From the sequence record PV390659.2: a stretch of 64,000 nt of DNA; one strand, given 5' to 3'. Positions 22,507-39,934 of the stretch are shown piece by piece. This DNA is from Escherichia phage vB_EcoM_P8. The first letter of the stretch is position 1; every line of letters starts with the position of its first letter. The notes under the pieces are model-generated. The model was not told the origin of the DNA, did no database searches, and saw only the letters and a program-made list of their open reading frames with translations. The position numbers and the translations under genes are program-made.

Positions 22507-24486
22507 TTAACCTGCAAGACCAGTTAACTCATCGAAATCTGCACCTGTAGCAGTTGCTACGAAGTTCAAGGTAATGTAGTTAATGCTTCTAGCCGGTTGG
22601 ATGTAGAATGTTGCAACAAACTCATTTCTATCAATTACTGACGGAGTGTTATTTGTTGTATCGCAAACTACACGATATTCATAAATTCCACCGAGAGCTT
22701 TAATTCCCTGCAAGTATTGGGCAGTTTCTGTGCGGAATGATGAACGAGTAAACGCGTTGTTTAATTCGAACAAACGATATTTTGAACTACGTCCGATATT
22801 CGTTTTCAACATATTAAACAGACGACGAACGTTAATACGATCAAATGGAGAAGGAACAGAAGTAGCTGTTTTATCACCATATAATACGTAACCATCACCA
22901 CCTGTACCGGTTACCGGGTTGATAGCTTCTTGGTATAAACGGTCGCGCTGCGCCTGGCGAGTTTCAATAGCAAGTTTAATAACGTTAAGAATCTGGCCAC
23001 GATTATAACCAGCTGGAGACATCCAAGTCTGAGAAACGTTATCGGTTCTTGCACATAAACCGGCAATATCAGCTGCTAATGGAACCCAGCGATTGACATC
23101 ATTATATTTGTCATACTGATATTTGTAGTTACCATCAATTGCTGCGTAGGTTGAACTGATATTAAAGTTATTATCAGTGTATGAACCTGTTGCAGTTCTC
23201 CAATTGACTAAGTTATCAACAGCGCGAGTTACAGGAATTCCAACTACAGTTTCGCGCGGTGGTGAGCATAGTACTAAGCAATCCTGGCGAGCATCCCCAA
23301 TTGAAACGACGTGTTTTTGGACAGTAGATGCTGTTTCTAAAGATTCACCGGCACAAGAACCCGCAATAAACAACTGAACGTCAACAGATTCACGGTCAGC
23401 AAAGAAGTCCCAGGCTTCCATTAAATCTCCTGCTGTTACTTCAGCATTTGATGATAATCCACCAGACAGAGTTAAAATTCCAGAGAATCCTTCTGGCCAG
23501 TTTTGTGCAGTTGCGAAAATATATTCTGAACCGCCTTTTGCGAAAAAGTCATCAATGTAGATGTTACTATCGTAAATATCTTTTTCACCACGCTTTGTTG
23601 AAAGAACAATACTTTGAACAATAGCATCATTACGACGAACTATAATAGCGTATTGCGAATCAGTTTGTGGTCCATATCCAAACACCGCTTTGGCAGTAGA
23701 TGCACGTGTTCCGCCACCTGGATAAATTGGAAGTAATACAGAAGCACCTTTTGCGTAGTCAGCTTTAGATACGATTTCAATTTCGATTTTATCGCCCAAC
23801 TCGCCTGGATAAAGAGCTACTACTCCTGGAATTCCATATTTTTCGAGATTTGTTTGAAATTCAACCGCTGTCATAGCAGCTTCGGCATTTTCAATCTCAG
23901 CTAATAAAATACCGGAATCAGTAATAATTTTTCCAAGAGTTATTACTGCAGCTAAACCAGATGAAGACGAAGAAATTTCTGCGGTCCAGTTAGAACCTAG
24001 TTCTGGATATTCACCGACTTCTTTCGCTTTAGCGATAATTTTTGCAGTAGGAATATTAATTTTCTTAATTTTTCCATCAGCATCTACTTCGGTAATTTTA
24101 CCTTCCGTTTCAATGTCTTCTGAAACATACTTAACTGTGATTTTATCTCCAACCGCGTAGTTACTACCTGGGGTAGAAATAGTGTATTCAATATTACCAG
24201 CAATCGGAGATGAGTTTTTAGCGGTATCTCTATCGACAGCACGCACAACTCGCAAATCATTTCCATATTGTAAGAAATTCATTGCAGACATAAAATAGTC
24301 AGCAGTTTCAGCTGTAGGTTGACCAAAAGTATTAACTAAATCTACTTCATTTGTAACCTGTTTGATCTGAAAAGCAGGACCCCACTGGAATTTACCGGCC
24401 AAAGCTGCTGTACCAGTAGAGTTATTAACCACGGTGCTTTGAACCGTAGTTTCTTTGAGCTCAATGCCCGGAGATAATAAAGTCAT
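22507..24486 (-). CDS. 18: tail sheath protein gp18
   Basis: 659 aa; synteny. Confidence 0.9.
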   Translation of the reverse strand: MTLLSPGIELKETTVQSTVVNNSTGTAALAGKFQWGPAFQIKQVTNEVDLVNTFGQPTAETADYFMSAMNFLQYGNDLRVVRAVDRDTAKNSSPIAGNIEYTISTPGSNYAVGDKITVKYVSEDIETEGKITEVDADGKIKKINIPTAKIIAKAKEVGEYPELGSNWTAEISSSSSGLAAVITLGKIITDSGILLAEIENAEAAMTAVEFQTNLEKYGIPGVVALYPGELGDKIEIEIVSKADYAKGASVLLPIYPGGGTRASTAKAVFGYGPQTDSQYAIIVRRNDAIVQSIVLSTKRGEKDIYDSNIYIDDFFAKGGSEYIFATAQNWPEGFSGILTLSGGLSSNAEVTAGDLMEAWDFFADRESVDVQLFIAGSCAGESLETASTVQKHVVSIGDARQDCLVLCSPPRETVVGIPVTRAVDNLVNWRTATGSYTDNNFNISSTYAAIDGNYKYQYDKYNDVNRWVPLAADIAGLCARTDNVSQTWMSPAGYNRGQILNVIKLAIETRQAQRDRLYQEAINPVTGTGGDGYVLYGDKTATSVPSPFDRINVRRLFNMLKTNIGRSSKYRLFELNNAFTRSSFRTETAQYLQGIKALGGIYEYRVVCDTTNNTPSVIDRNEFVATFYIQPARSINYITLNFVATATGADFDELTGLAG

Positions 24487-24517
24487 TTTTAATCCTCTTT
24501 AATATGCTTTAATATAT

Positions 24518-27655
<3,138 letters not shown>

Positions 27656-27696
27656 GATTTCTCCTAATCTGGGCTTTAATTAGTTTATAATATTTA

Positions 27697-29398
<1,702 letters not shown>

Positions 29399-29400
29399 TT

Positions 29401-29427
29401 AAAAATCCTTTGGGGCCTTGCGGCCCC
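29401..29427 (-). terminator. hairpin terminator between wac and gene 13
   Basis: ggggcc-ttgc-ggcccc followed by a U5 tract on the minus strand. Confidence 0.55.
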
Positions 29428-29430
29428 ATG

Positions 29431-30888
29431 TTATGCTGGTGATAAAAAGGTAGAAAGTAATACCCATTCGCCGTCTTTACGAACGTAAGCTTGGCCATCT
29501 TTTGGAGCTTCAGGAATATAACCTGCTTCCTGTAAAGTCTGAACATCCCCATGTAATGAAGATACATTACTTTTAATACTACGCATTTCTTGATTAATAG
29601 AAGAAATGTTAGTTTCATTAGCTTTTATTGAATTAGTTAATCCACGCTCTTCTACTGTTGAACCATTTGGATTTGTGCCGCTTACTAGTTTATTTAGTGC
29701 AACAACTTGGCCTTTAATTCCAGTAGTGTTATTACCAATTTCAACTTGTAAGTTTTGAACATCATTGTTCAGTCTATTAACCGAGGTTTCAACAGTTGAA
29801 ACCCTATTTAAAAGAGACCCAGGAGGAGAAGGCTGACCTCCACTAGAATCAGTTCCAACGATTTGGTTTAGCCATGAAACGTTTGCTCGTAGTCCAGATG
29901 AAGTGTTTTCACCAACAATTCCATTTAAAAACTCGATAGATGTTGTATTATCTTTAATTCGACCTTTAATGCTAGAAGGAATATCATCTGAGCCAATTGT
30001 TGTTTCAATGACAGTCAATCGTTGTTTAATACCTCCGCTTTTATTTAGTTCATCATTTAAAGCTGAAATTTCTCGTGTATTAGTGTTAACATCTGTGATT
30101 ATTGAAGTATTTCCTGGATATCCAATAGAAGTTTTGATAGATTTAATTTCGGAACTAAGATTAATCTGCGATTGATCTAAATTATGAACACGTGAATATA
30201 TGCTTTCACTGAATGAAGATGGTCTTTGTCCAAGTTCTTGTCTAAGATTTCCGACTTCAATTGTCAGTGAACCTACATCAGATTCAATAAATTTTTCTTC
30301 CAAATCACTTAGACGTATTCCTTGGGAAGTTATAGCATCTGTATTATTAATGATGCGGTGCTTCATACCCGTGCTGCTATTTCCTACAACAGGAAGACCA
30401 TTAATGTCTTGCCCAGCATATTGTCCTAATTCCCTTTTAATCCATAACAAATCATTTCTAATCGTTCTATAAACTGAATTTGCTTGCGAATTAAATGGAC
30501 CAATATCAGAAAGAATATTATCAACCGTAGTATTTGTGCCATTTAATATATCAGTATGTTCATTCGTGAGTGTCTTTAAATTTGATATATCATTTTTATT
30601 AACACTGATCTGTGATAGCGCTTCTATATCTCCTGATACATCTAAAATGCCTTGAATGGTTTTAATATCTTCCTGAGATGTTTCAATGGCAGTTTTAAGA
30701 ATTCCTACATTTTCGTCGAGAACCTCGACATTTTTAAACACAGAAACAGTTGGTCTATTCATTGACCCATCGTTTCCATACTTAGTACTAGCTCCTAATA
30801 TTTCTTCACCATTTTTAATCCATGAAATACGTTCCTGACCTTCGCCAGGAACGCTATCAACAAAAGGTAACTCTTTTAATTCAATCAT
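29431..30888 (-). CDS. wac: fibritin (whisker antigen control)
   Basis: 485 aa coiled-coil; C-terminal foldon [27 protein letters not shown]. Confidence 0.9.
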   Translation of the reverse strand: MIELKELPFVDSVPGEGQERISWIKNGEEILGASTKYGNDGSMNRPTVSVFKNVEVLDENVGILKTAIETSQEDIKTIQGILDVSGDIEALSQISVNKNDISNLKTLTNEHTDILNGTNTTVDNILSDIGPFNSQANSVYRTIRNDLLWIKRELGQYAGQDINGLPVVGNSSTGMKHRIINNTDAITSQGIRLSDLEEKFIESDVGSLTIEVGNLRQELGQRPSSFSESIYSRVHNLDQSQINLSSEIKSIKTSIGYPGNTSIITDVNTNTREISALNDELNKSGGIKQRLTVIETTIGSDDIPSSIKGRIKDNTTSIEFLNGIVGENTSSGLRANVSWLNQIVGTDSSGGQPSPPGSLLNRVSTVETSVNRLNNDVQNLQVEIGNNTTGIKGQVVALNKLVSGTNPNGSTVEERGLTNSIKANETNISSINQEMRSIKSNVSSLHGDVQTLQEAGYIPEAPKDGQAYVRKDGEWVLLSTFLSPA

Positions 30889-30897
30889 TTGTAATCC

Positions 30898-32448
30898 TTA
30901 GTAATGAATTTTAATAATATAGTTTAATGATATATTCCATGGTCTAGTTTCATAACCAATTAATCCTTCACGATTAAGTGTACCAAGGGCATCTCTCGGT
31001 CCACCCAATTCAAATCCATCATTAGTGAAGTATGAAGCATTATCCCAGTCGGCATATTTTCTAGTTCCAAGATATCCTTGATAAACGGACGCGCCAAATG
31101 GAGCTTCATGTCTTTGGTATTCTCCCCAACCACCAGCGTGTTTATGGTATGACATTTGTTGTGCCTGAACACCACCAACATGCATTCCGTCACATCCTAC
31201 ACCAAGTCTATCCTTCCCATAGCCATCTTGTCCTCGTTGATTTAAAATATGACCGCCCGTGCCAGCTCCTCTAACAAAAAGACCTCGCATATCAGGAATG
31301 CCAGGGTTATTCCAATCACCACCAAATCTCGTTCCAACTGTGTTTCTATAATCAGGATATTGATCTCCTGACACGGTTCCACCATGGCACATAATCCAAC
31401 CCGGAGGTGCTGAATCTCCCGCAAACATCATAATAGTTCCAACTGGAACCCTTTCTGACGCATATCTTTCAGTGGCAACAGGTTGATCGCCATTTTTCCA
31501 CATTCCGCCGCGCGACCAAATTCCGTTTGCTGTAAGATGGTCTAAATTTAAAGAACCATTAATAGTTTGTCCACCACGAGTATTAATTACATCTGCGTTC
31601 CATGCTAATGCACCAGAGCTATCACCTTCAGGGGCAATACCGGCTTGCGTCGTTAATTTAACTACTCCACGCATAGAACCAGTAGCTCCTCGACCATTTA
31701 GTGTTTCACCTGTTACTGCAACATCTCCTAAATTACTGTTAACTTCCGATTGTGTTCCTAAACGTATAACACCCTTATATTCTTGTGTTGCAACAGAATT
31801 CATAAAGGTATACGGAGAAATTGCATATCCTTCGCGGAGAGTTCCTTGACGAGTTTGCGCAACAGTAGATAATTGAACTACACCTCTCACAGATTCTGAT
31901 GCAGTATCTTCGGAAGGAGCTATTTGTGAAATTAATTTTATTGCAAGTTTTTGCGTTTTTAATGGAGTCATTGCCGTAGTATCATCAACTCCAGCTAAAG
32001 CTGCAGGTGTAGATGATATTTTAATAACCCCGTTTGATGACTCAGACGAATATCTATTTTGGAACACATCGTCAGTATGGTATTTCAGTTTTTGCGGCGT
32101 TATTGATGAATTATTATCTGAGCCTTCTAATGTTTCTTCATTTGTTGAATAGCGCGTTAAACCATACTTAGTTTCAGTAGCATTTGGATACAATAATCTT
32201 GTTGCTAATGTAGCTGGTGTAACGATTTTAGAATTATTAGTTCCATCTAAAACCTCTTGCTCTGACGCAATCATTGCTATTCCTTTAACTTCCATAGTTG
32301 CATCAGGAATACCATTTACGCCGATATTACTTATTTTTGATAATGCAGACTGCACTGTCGTGACAGTGTCAGGAAAATTCGATCCTACTGGATCGAATTT
32401 AACATATTTTGATTCATTTGATACGTGCTGATATGTATTGTTACTCAT
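30898..32448 (-). CDS. 12: short tail fibre gp12
   Basis: 516 aa (T4 gp12 is 527); synteny. Confidence 0.8.
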   Translation of the reverse strand: MSNNTYQHVSNESKYVKFDPVGSNFPDTVTTVQSALSKISNIGVNGIPDATMEVKGIAMIASEQEVLDGTNNSKIVTPATLATRLLYPNATETKYGLTRYSTNEETLEGSDNNSSITPQKLKYHTDDVFQNRYSSESSNGVIKISSTPAALAGVDDTTAMTPLKTQKLAIKLISQIAPSEDTASESVRGVVQLSTVAQTRQGTLREGYAISPYTFMNSVATQEYKGVIRLGTQSEVNSNLGDVAVTGETLNGRGATGSMRGVVKLTTQAGIAPEGDSSGALAWNADVINTRGGQTINGSLNLDHLTANGIWSRGGMWKNGDQPVATERYASERVPVGTIMMFAGDSAPPGWIMCHGGTVSGDQYPDYRNTVGTRFGGDWNNPGIPDMRGLFVRGAGTGGHILNQRGQDGYGKDRLGVGCDGMHVGGVQAQQMSYHKHAGGWGEYQRHEAPFGASVYQGYLGTRKYADWDNASYFTNDGFELGGPRDALGTLNREGLIGYETRPWNISLNYIIKIHY

Positions 32449-33104
32449 GCTATTCTCTCAAAATAATAAAATACTGTAGGTTGTGTGTGACTATCTAGCG
32501 TGACAGTTTGCGCACCTAATAATTGCCAAGTTCCGTATCCAGGTTTAGAAGGAGAAATTATTTCCTGTTTGAAAGTAATTCCTTTATCAGAGTATTGTTC
32601 TAAGATATGTTCTTGGTTATCTAAATACTTAACTTGTATTTTATTTCCTATGGTAGGATGGTCTTCAAATGAATCAATTGCAATAAATTTTGCAACCATT
32701 TCCTGTAGAGCTGTTCTAACGGCACTGGTAAATTCGATTGAAGTCATTCCGTTGGTAGCTTTAACAGGAATGCCAAACATGTTAACAATAACTGGGTCAC
32801 CCGGTTTGGCTGAAGTATCAGTAACAGTTCCTTCAAATGACCAATAGTCTGTTTGCTGCACGCCAGTAGGAGATACGCCGCTTATATTAACTAATACAGC
32901 TCCAACTTGTTGCTCTGCCATATTTCTAACATCATTGATAGCAGATTCTACATTTGGGTCATAAAAACCCTTTGCTATTTGTGAAATTGTTACAGCGCCT
33001 ACTGGCTGATTATTCATAACCGAAATATCATTTTTCTTAGTTCTAAAACCAAGAAAATCTGCTAAGCGGGAAATAACTCCCGCTTTATTATTAAGTAAAC
33101 TCAT
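32445..33104 (-). CDS. 11: baseplate wedge protein gp11
   Basis: start moved to the internal ATG giving MSLLNNK... (219 aa as in T4). Confidence 0.8.
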   Translation of the reverse strand: MSLLNNKAGVISRLADFLGFRTKKNDISVMNNQPVGAVTISQIAKGFYDPNVESAINDVRNMAEQQVGAVLVNISGVSPTGVQQTDYWSFEGTVTDTSAKPGDPVIVNMFGIPVKATNGMTSIEFTSAVRTALQEMVAKFIAIDSFEDHPTIGNKIQVKYLDNQEHILEQYSDKGITFKQEIISPSKPGYGTWQLLGAQTVTLDSHTQPTVFYYFERIA

Positions 33105-34909
33105 TATGCAATCCTTATCCAACGGTATACAGTAATAGACGGTTGAATATTACTAATATTAGCAGGAGGAGTATGTGAAGAGTTTGTTGTTGCGTAATCT
33201 TCACGGTATTTTGTATATATAGGACCAGTTTCATCTGGGTCATATTGGCAACCTCCAATAATAACCGATCCATTTTCGTCTTCAATTAAAACTCTTTCGT
33301 CGGTTTTAGTTGCAGGAAGATTTGCGTTTTCAAGCGTTACTGATGTTGTTCCAACCGTTCCACCGGCAGTATGTGAAGGATTTCCACTAGAATCTAAATC
33401 ATTATTGTTTAAAGCAAAGTTTGGATCCGTAACATCATCATTCCATCCTACTAAAACTTGTCCTTTACCAAATAATTTCCATGAACCAAATCCCATATAA
33501 GTCACCGGATTATTTGGATTTATAGCATTTTCATAAATTGAACCTACAGGATAAATGCTATCGAAAATAGATGATATTGAATTATACGTTCTAGTATAAG
33601 AATCAACTTTTTCAACATTTGGCCAACCGATTTTATCGAAATCTGTTAAGGCCACATCACCAGTAACTTCAGTAGATGATCCTTTGCTAACATAGCGGTC
33701 ATCAGTCAATTCAATAATGTCATCTTTTTCTAAAAGAGTTCCTAAATCGTTATTGAACCATGTTATAACGATAATGTCACCTGATTCAAATTTTCTATCA
33801 AATAAAAGACTGGTAGGTTTTCCATCTTCATATTCTATAGAATAATCTGTGTTTGATTCTTTCCATTCGCCACCAAGAGATATACATCCTTCTTGTGTAT
33901 CTGAACTAGCGCCTTCACACAAAAACAGAGGATATCCAGCTGTTCCAGCCTGCTGCTGTAAAATTCCATTAAAACGAACCTCAAGAGAGTTAGGATTAAT
34001 GGGTTCACCAGGAATTAATCCAAATGCAGAAAATGGAATTGATTTCATCGCCGATAAATCAGTAACATAAATGCTTCCTTCTAAAGAAGTCTTTGATGTT
34101 AGTTTTGAATCTAGTACTTTTATTTGGCGTCTAGTATATGAACTTCTCCATTGTGATACACCATCCATAAATGTTTCAATTTGAACAGTGTCACCAATAT
34201 TACAAGGCTGTCTTAATCGAATATTAAATCCATCAAGAGGAACTAATTCGCCTTCATTTTCGCCCGGAGAGCCAAAGTCACTGTTTTCGCTAAATACATC
34301 ACCGTAATACAATTCGTTACCACGATGTTTTACTCTGATGTTATTGACATTATAACTAGTTCCATTAAAAACATCTAAAAAGTCTGTTTGCCCTTGAACT
34401 TCGACTAAAAATTCTTTACGAGCTACATTACTAATGTCTGAACTAATAATTTTATCAATTTGCTTATTTTTGACATACTCCCAGCGTCCTGGAGCGCAAT
34501 AAACGAGCTCTAAATCACTAAATTGAATATTAATTTCAACTGACGATGACGACCCTTTAATTGTATCTCCGGAAGCAGCTACTAAAGTAACTGGATTGAT
34601 GTTCCATGTAGCGAATACGTCTCTAGCTCTAATTACCTTGTTGTAATCATTAACAGTTCCTTTAGGAAGTTGTAGAGTTACTCTTCCAGACGAAGTATTA
34701 ATGGCATATGATTTTCCCCATTCTGCCGTTAGTGTTTGTCCAGATGAAGCATTATAAGTTTTCCAGGCACCGGCTGAATATGGAACATCTCCATCACCAA
34801 GTTCATAATAAAGTTCATCAAAGTTTTCATTTATTTTTATACCACCTTTACGCAGGTAGTCACCGGTACCATCATCAACAACATTACCGATATTAATATT
34901 TTGTTTCAT
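33104..34909 (-). CDS. 10: baseplate wedge protein gp10
   Basis: 601 aa; synteny. Confidence 0.85.
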   Translation of the reverse strand: MKQNINIGNVVDDGTGDYLRKGGIKINENFDELYYELGDGDVPYSAGAWKTYNASSGQTLTAEWGKSYAINTSSGRVTLQLPKGTVNDYNKVIRARDVFATWNINPVTLVAASGDTIKGSSSSVEINIQFSDLELVYCAPGRWEYVKNKQIDKIISSDISNVARKEFLVEVQGQTDFLDVFNGTSYNVNNIRVKHRGNELYYGDVFSENSDFGSPGENEGELVPLDGFNIRLRQPCNIGDTVQIETFMDGVSQWRSSYTRRQIKVLDSKLTSKTSLEGSIYVTDLSAMKSIPFSAFGLIPGEPINPNSLEVRFNGILQQQAGTAGYPLFLCEGASSDTQEGCISLGGEWKESNTDYSIEYEDGKPTSLLFDRKFESGDIIVITWFNNDLGTLLEKDDIIELTDDRYVSKGSSTEVTGDVALTDFDKIGWPNVEKVDSYTRTYNSISSIFDSIYPVGSIYENAINPNNPVTYMGFGSWKLFGKGQVLVGWNDDVTDPNFALNNNDLDSSGNPSHTAGGTVGTTSVTLENANLPATKTDERVLIEDENGSVIIGGCQYDPDETGPIYTKYREDYATTNSSHTPPANISNIQPSITVYRWIRIA

Positions 34910-35775
34910 TATTGAGCCACCCCGATTTTCTGCGTAGCGATAACTTTAACTGCTGCTCTCATACCGACAGTTGAAGAACTTATAGTCGCCGTTACATAAT
35001 TTTCTTTAATACTAAATGCAATATTAGCGATTTCGTCTTCTTCGGTTTCATTCCCAACCCGCATGACAGCATATTCAGAAGAAATGACCGTTGAATTAAC
35101 AGTATCTACAAGAATATTTATTTCTGCCGTTTTAATTTTTCTTCCATCTACCGATTGACACGTAACTAGTAATTTAGCCATATTGTATTCAGTACGATGA
35201 AATAATGGAATGTCAACTGATCCGGATGTAGAAATATTCCATGTACCTTCAGCCGGTGATTCCTTTTGGCCAAACATACTTTCAATAGAATAATTCCAAA
35301 CTGACGTAGAATTATCAGATGAAATACAACGTAAAGTAACTTTACTATATGGGCTAGTTACTACCAAATTACCTGAAACACCTTTAATTGAATCAATCGC
35401 TTGAATCGTTAAAGGATTGGTAACTGATATAGATCCATTTGAGTTAATAAATTCAACGCAATCACCAAGTTCGCCTCTTTCAATGATAACTTTAACACCT
35501 ACAGCAGAGGTATCAATATCGTGTCTAGTACCAACTTTCACCGGAGTTGCGTACTCTGTGATAGAATGCTTTTGATAATATCCAGTAGCATGGATAATTT
35601 GGCCGTCAGCACCAGTACCATTTGCTACTGCCATTTTACGCTGATCGCCAAACGCGTTATAAATTGCATTAAAATCACTGTTAATTTTATTACCACCGTC
35701 GAATAAGATATCACCAGTAGAAGCGTTACCAATTTCGCCGGTATCAATCAATTTCTTTGGTTCTTGAATGAACAT
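34909..35775 (-). CDS. 9: baseplate wedge / long-fibre socket gp9
   Basis: 288 aa; synteny. Confidence 0.85.
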   Translation of the reverse strand: MFIQEPKKLIDTGEIGNASTGDILFDGGNKINSDFNAIYNAFGDQRKMAVANGTGADGQIIHATGYYQKHSITEYATPVKVGTRHDIDTSAVGVKVIIERGELGDCVEFINSNGSISVTNPLTIQAIDSIKGVSGNLVVTSPYSKVTLRCISSDNSTSVWNYSIESMFGQKESPAEGTWNISTSGSVDIPLFHRTEYNMAKLLVTCQSVDGRKIKTAEINILVDTVNSTVISSEYAVMRVGNETEEDEIANIAFSIKENYVTATISSSTVGMRAAVKVIATQKIGVAQ

Positions 35776-35799
35776 AGCGGTTTCCTTATGAGTTTATAG

Positions 35800-35807
35800 T
35801 ATTTATA
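35800..35807 (-). promoter_or_regulatory. late promoter TATAAATA for gene 9
   Basis: plus-strand tatttata 25 nt upstream of the gene 9 start. Confidence 0.5.
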
Positions 35808-35833
35808 AAGAAAAAGGGAGCCCATGGGCTCCC
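35806..35833 (-). terminator. hairpin terminator downstream of gene 8
   Basis: gggagccc/gggctccc palindrome followed by a U5 tract on the minus strand. Confidence 0.5.
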
Positions 35834-35838
35834 TTAAT

Positions 35839-36843
35839 TTAAAATGTAAACAGAATATTGATTTCTTCCGTTTGATCCATTGCCATAATAATAGGTGGCC
35901 TATTTTCCATATAAATCATTTCGCCCGAATGCCTCATTAAATCTTCCGGATCATAGTAATCCTTTTCAGCTTTAACGTTTGGGTCATTTGGATGAACTTT
36001 AGCTTCAAGAGGATTCGTGATTATCGATATTTGTCTAAATCCTTTATTTCCTGGCAATGCAGCTTCAGGAAAATAAACTGAATCTAAGTATGCTTTAAAA
36101 CGAATAGTATTTGCCTTAACCCGGTAAATTAATCCAAAATCATCTTGCTGCCAAGTGAGGTTATCTTCATACCCCCATCTAGTCGGATCTTCTTTTAATT
36201 CCTCAGGCCAAGGAACCACGATATATTCATTCGTGCATCTGTTTATAGATACATCAGGCGGAATCTCAAAAAGATATTCCCATACATACCCGTCTCCAGG
36301 TTCGATTGTTCCTTCCGCGTCTCCTCGACCTTCAGGAGGAGTCATTGACCTAACAGAAGGAGTCCATTTTCCACCTAGCTTAAGGCATTCATCCTTATTA
36401 GTTAAAGACTCAATTGAGCACATTCCAGTATCAGGAACATCTAAACAACGATATACTAACCAGCCTGCGCCTGATTCGGTAGCGTTGTAAGGAGCTGAGT
36501 TACACACTACAATATCGTTAATTCTAAATGTGTATGGATCCGGATATCTAGTATCTCCCCAATCTCGACGAGGAATAACTGCATCAAGCATAGATGGAAG
36601 AACCTTCACGGTTCCCATCATATGAGTCCACATGTCAGTTACACCTAACACAGAATCGGTGGGATAAGGTGGGGCAAATCCCACCTCATTTTCGTTTGAT
36701 GACCACGGTTCTGATCTTCCAAATGTAATAAAGATAGTGTTTTTATCCGGACCACTTCCAATTGAATTATAAAAATTCAACATTTTTTCTGTTCTAAATT
36801 TTGAAGTAACTATCGCACGATAGATAACACTTGAATCATTCAT
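35839..36843 (-). CDS. 8: baseplate wedge protein gp8
   Basis: 334 aa; synteny. Confidence 0.85.
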   Translation of the reverse strand: MNDSSVIYRAIVTSKFRTEKMLNFYNSIGSGPDKNTIFITFGRSEPWSSNENEVGFAPPYPTDSVLGVTDMWTHMMGTVKVLPSMLDAVIPRRDWGDTRYPDPYTFRINDIVVCNSAPYNATESGAGWLVYRCLDVPDTGMCSIESLTNKDECLKLGGKWTPSVRSMTPPEGRGDAEGTIEPGDGYVWEYLFEIPPDVSINRCTNEYIVVPWPEELKEDPTRWGYEDNLTWQQDDFGLIYRVKANTIRFKAYLDSVYFPEAALPGNKGFRQISIITNPLEAKVHPNDPNVKAEKDYYDPEDLMRHSGEMIYMENRPPIIMAMDQTEEINILFTF

Positions 36844-39800
36844 CTATTTTAACCTGTGTTGGATTTTCAGGGTCTCTTGGATTTCCTATATTATCTTTTA
36901 GACGTTTATTAACTAAATCCCTAAATTGTGCAAATGTTGTTCCAGATGCATCAAATAGAGGACTCATTAATTTACGTCGTTCAGACGGCAATTGACCTTG
37001 AAATATTGAATTATTATTTTCAGCATTATAGTCATCAGGAAGAGGATATTCTACACCAGCCATTGGGCCAGGTTCATAAATTGCTTCGCCTGTTACTGAA
37101 TCATGCTCAATTTCACCGGTTGGAGTCAATTTAGCTACTCTATCAGCATATTCAGTAGGCAATCCAGAATCCCATTTATAGTTTTTGTATTTATTAATTA
37201 TAGTCTCTGTGTGTTTAAGAGTTAAACCAACATTAATAAACATTGTTAAAAGAGTAATTGCTATAAATCCAAATCCTACTGGATGAACAAAACGAATAAC
37301 GTCAGATTTCCAGCGGGAAGAAGGTAAATTGGATTTAATTTTCATTACATAATATGATCTACTTCTATTAATATAGTCTATATTATTTTGAAGCAAATCC
37401 TTTCCTTTAACCCCGCGAATAATTTCGCCTTCGAAACTAGGGAGTCTTTCTGCTTTAACTTCTTGACCGGCAATTAATCTTCCCAAAAGATTATGAATAG
37501 TTACGGTCCATTGCAATTTGCCATTGGAATAGCTTCTTTCTATATAAGTAACATTACATCTTCCTGTAGCTGTATAAATCGTTTGTCCTACTAAATCTTC
37601 AGTCAAAGAATCAGATTGAACGATTATATCATATTCAGTACCAGCCCCAGATTCAATTTCAATTTCAACTTCTTCATTATAAAGAACTTTAAAAAGAAAT
37701 TTGTATGATGCTTCAATTCCTTTAGTAGAATAAAAATCATAGCTACGTGATTCAAAAAATCTTGCAACAGCATCACGTTTATCAGCATTTAAATAAATGT
37801 TTCTTTTATATATCTCTGACCACAAATATTCCCACGCGTGCTCTTCTCGCGGATATTGGTTACGAATTAAATTTCGTAAATTATTATACTGAGTTCCATA
37901 TCCATCAGAAAGATACTGAATATATGCTTCGCAGAATGCCTCAAAATTAGAATCCTGTAGCAAATAAGAATCAGGCATCATTGTGCCAATCAATGGTCTT
38001 AAATCAGGATCAGCCAATCCATGCTCTTCTTCCGGGGACCAAGGAGTTTCACGCTCTTGGTTTTGTAAAAATGCTTTTAAAAATATTCCAGTTGGCTTCC
38101 AAATTATTTCAACCGTGTCTCTCACTCGATAGTTAAAATCATAGTAAGAAATTATTTCACCAGAAGACTTATAAAAAAGCATCCCAGACGCGTATTTTTT
38201 AAATCCCGTGAATTTAACATTTGGCATTACTATCGTACAATCACCATCATCCCAGTATTCATGAACTAATCTATCTGGTGATGTTTCAGGAATATTTTCT
38301 ATAACTTTGGTGTATTTTAAATCAGCATAAACTACTACAGCTCTATCAGAGTTGTTTATCCAACAGCGTGTGTTAGATTTTTTAGACCAGTTAAAGAATG
38401 GTTCTGCATAGTATTTCATCGGCTGAGGTGTAAAAGTTTCCCAATCAGATTTTTCATCTGCTATAAATGCCATCATATGATAATGCTTATCAGCTAGCCA
38501 TTCACGAGGAAATTCATATTTAACAGCGCCGATTAACTGATATTTCGCTGCAGTTTCAGGGTCATTAACAATGTTATCACTTAAAAATTTAAAATTACTC
38601 GAAGACAGAGAAACTAATTTACCATCAGTTGACATATTCGCATATCCAGGTTGAATACGTCTTCTTTCTTCTTCAGTGTTGCCAAAAACTCTTTTCCATG
38701 TTTTCGTGGCATGATTTAAAACATATATTCCTTTATCGGCAGAATCAATTATTTTTGATGTTCTAGGATTAGCATTTAATGTTTCAACTTCTCCAACAAT
38801 AAGAGCGAAAACTTTATCACCAATAGAATCCATTTTATAACATACTGCTTTAGGATTTCCAGTTATAGTCATCGTATCAGGTTCAAATAGCCTTTCCGAA
38901 TATGTTGGAGATAATGGGTCAGAATCTATAGGTGCATTACTCGTTTTTATGTATCTAACTTTGTCTCTGGCGACAACGTAAATGTAATCATCGGTGCAAG
39001 TAATAGCTTCTGCAATGCGGTATACATTAGCTGGCAAAGTCGCGTAAGTGGCAAAAATTTCTACATCAAATCCTAGATGTAATTGGTCGCCAAGTTTAGC
39101 AAATGTTATATCCTGCGAACTAAATCTGACATCATCAGCTGACCATCTAACATCAGTAGATTTGCGGCCATAGAAAATCTTGTCGTATCCTAGAACGTAT
39201 GTTGTGTTTGCAGATTGGTAATATACTGTCTTAGATAAAGGATATCCTACGCGGTCATTGAAGAGTTTTACAGCTTTCCAAGTTTGTCCTTTATCATTAG
39301 ATACTTTAACTACAGGTTGATAACGCTCAAAAAGATATAGAATCCCTTCTGATTCCATCAAATAAACTCGGTTAATATCCTTACATACTTGCTGAATAGA
39401 ACCTTGTATTTCATGATACTCATTTTCACCAATAATAAAATTACTTATTGATGAAACATCAACATATGATGGGCTGAATTGAAACGATTCGTTCATCAAT
39501 GCAGCCATTATAGTGTCATTGTTAAAATTGACATAGTCAGAATTATTAAGAGTAAATTTTTCCTGAATGAATTTATTAGCTAATTGCATTTCAATCATGT
39601 TTTGAAATGTATAAGCGTTTGTAGCAAAAGTTTCAAACTCTTCAGTATAAATCCAATCAGACTGCTCAAAATCCTGCGCAGCTGTAGCTACTCTAATAAT
39701 GTACGATGTCAATGGATTAGCGTTATCAAAAAAGAAGCTGTTATTTGCAGTATATCCTAAGTTAATCCATCTGTATTGATTACTCGGGAGATTTTCCCCC

Positions 39801-39934
39801 GAGTTTGTTTTTGTCTCAGCGATTTCTACAAAATAGTAGAAATTAGCACCAACGTCATCCCAGCGTACTTGCACCTGATTTGCGGATAACTTGGAAATTC
39901 TGAGACTAGTGACTGAAGGTGCTTTTACTGTCAT
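36836..39934 (-). CDS. 7: baseplate wedge protein gp7
   Basis: 1032 aa; synteny. Confidence 0.85.
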   Translation of the reverse strand: MTVKAPSVTSLRISKLSANQVQVRWDDVGANFYYFVEIAETKTNSGENLPSNQYRWINLGYTANNSFFFDNANPLTSYIIRVATAAQDFEQSDWIYTEEFETFATNAYTFQNMIEMQLANKFIQEKFTLNNSDYVNFNNDTIMAALMNESFQFSPSYVDVSSISNFIIGENEYHEIQGSIQQVCKDINRVYLMESEGILYLFERYQPVVKVSNDKGQTWKAVKLFNDRVGYPLSKTVYYQSANTTYVLGYDKIFYGRKSTDVRWSADDVRFSSQDITFAKLGDQLHLGFDVEIFATYATLPANVYRIAEAITCTDDYIYVVARDKVRYIKTSNAPIDSDPLSPTYSERLFEPDTMTITGNPKAVCYKMDSIGDKVFALIVGEVETLNANPRTSKIIDSADKGIYVLNHATKTWKRVFGNTEEERRRIQPGYANMSTDGKLVSLSSSNFKFLSDNIVNDPETAAKYQLIGAVKYEFPREWLADKHYHMMAFIADEKSDWETFTPQPMKYYAEPFFNWSKKSNTRCWINNSDRAVVVYADLKYTKVIENIPETSPDRLVHEYWDDGDCTIVMPNVKFTGFKKYASGMLFYKSSGEIISYYDFNYRVRDTVEIIWKPTGIFLKAFLQNQERETPWSPEEEHGLADPDLRPLIGTMMPDSYLLQDSNFEAFCEAYIQYLSDGYGTQYNNLRNLIRNQYPREEHAWEYLWSEIYKRNIYLNADKRDAVARFFESRSYDFYSTKGIEASYKFLFKVLYNEEVEIEIESGAGTEYDIIVQSDSLTEDLVGQTIYTATGRCNVTYIERSYSNGKLQWTVTIHNLLGRLIAGQEVKAERLPSFEGEIIRGVKGKDLLQNNIDYINRSRSYYVMKIKSNLPSSRWKSDVIRFVHPVGFGFIAITLLTMFINVGLTLKHTETIINKYKNYKWDSGLPTEYADRVAKLTPTGEIEHDSVTGEAIYEPGPMAGVEYPLPDDYNAENNNSIFQGQLPSERRKLMSPLFDASGTTFAQFRDLVNKRLKDNIGNPRDPENPTQVKIDE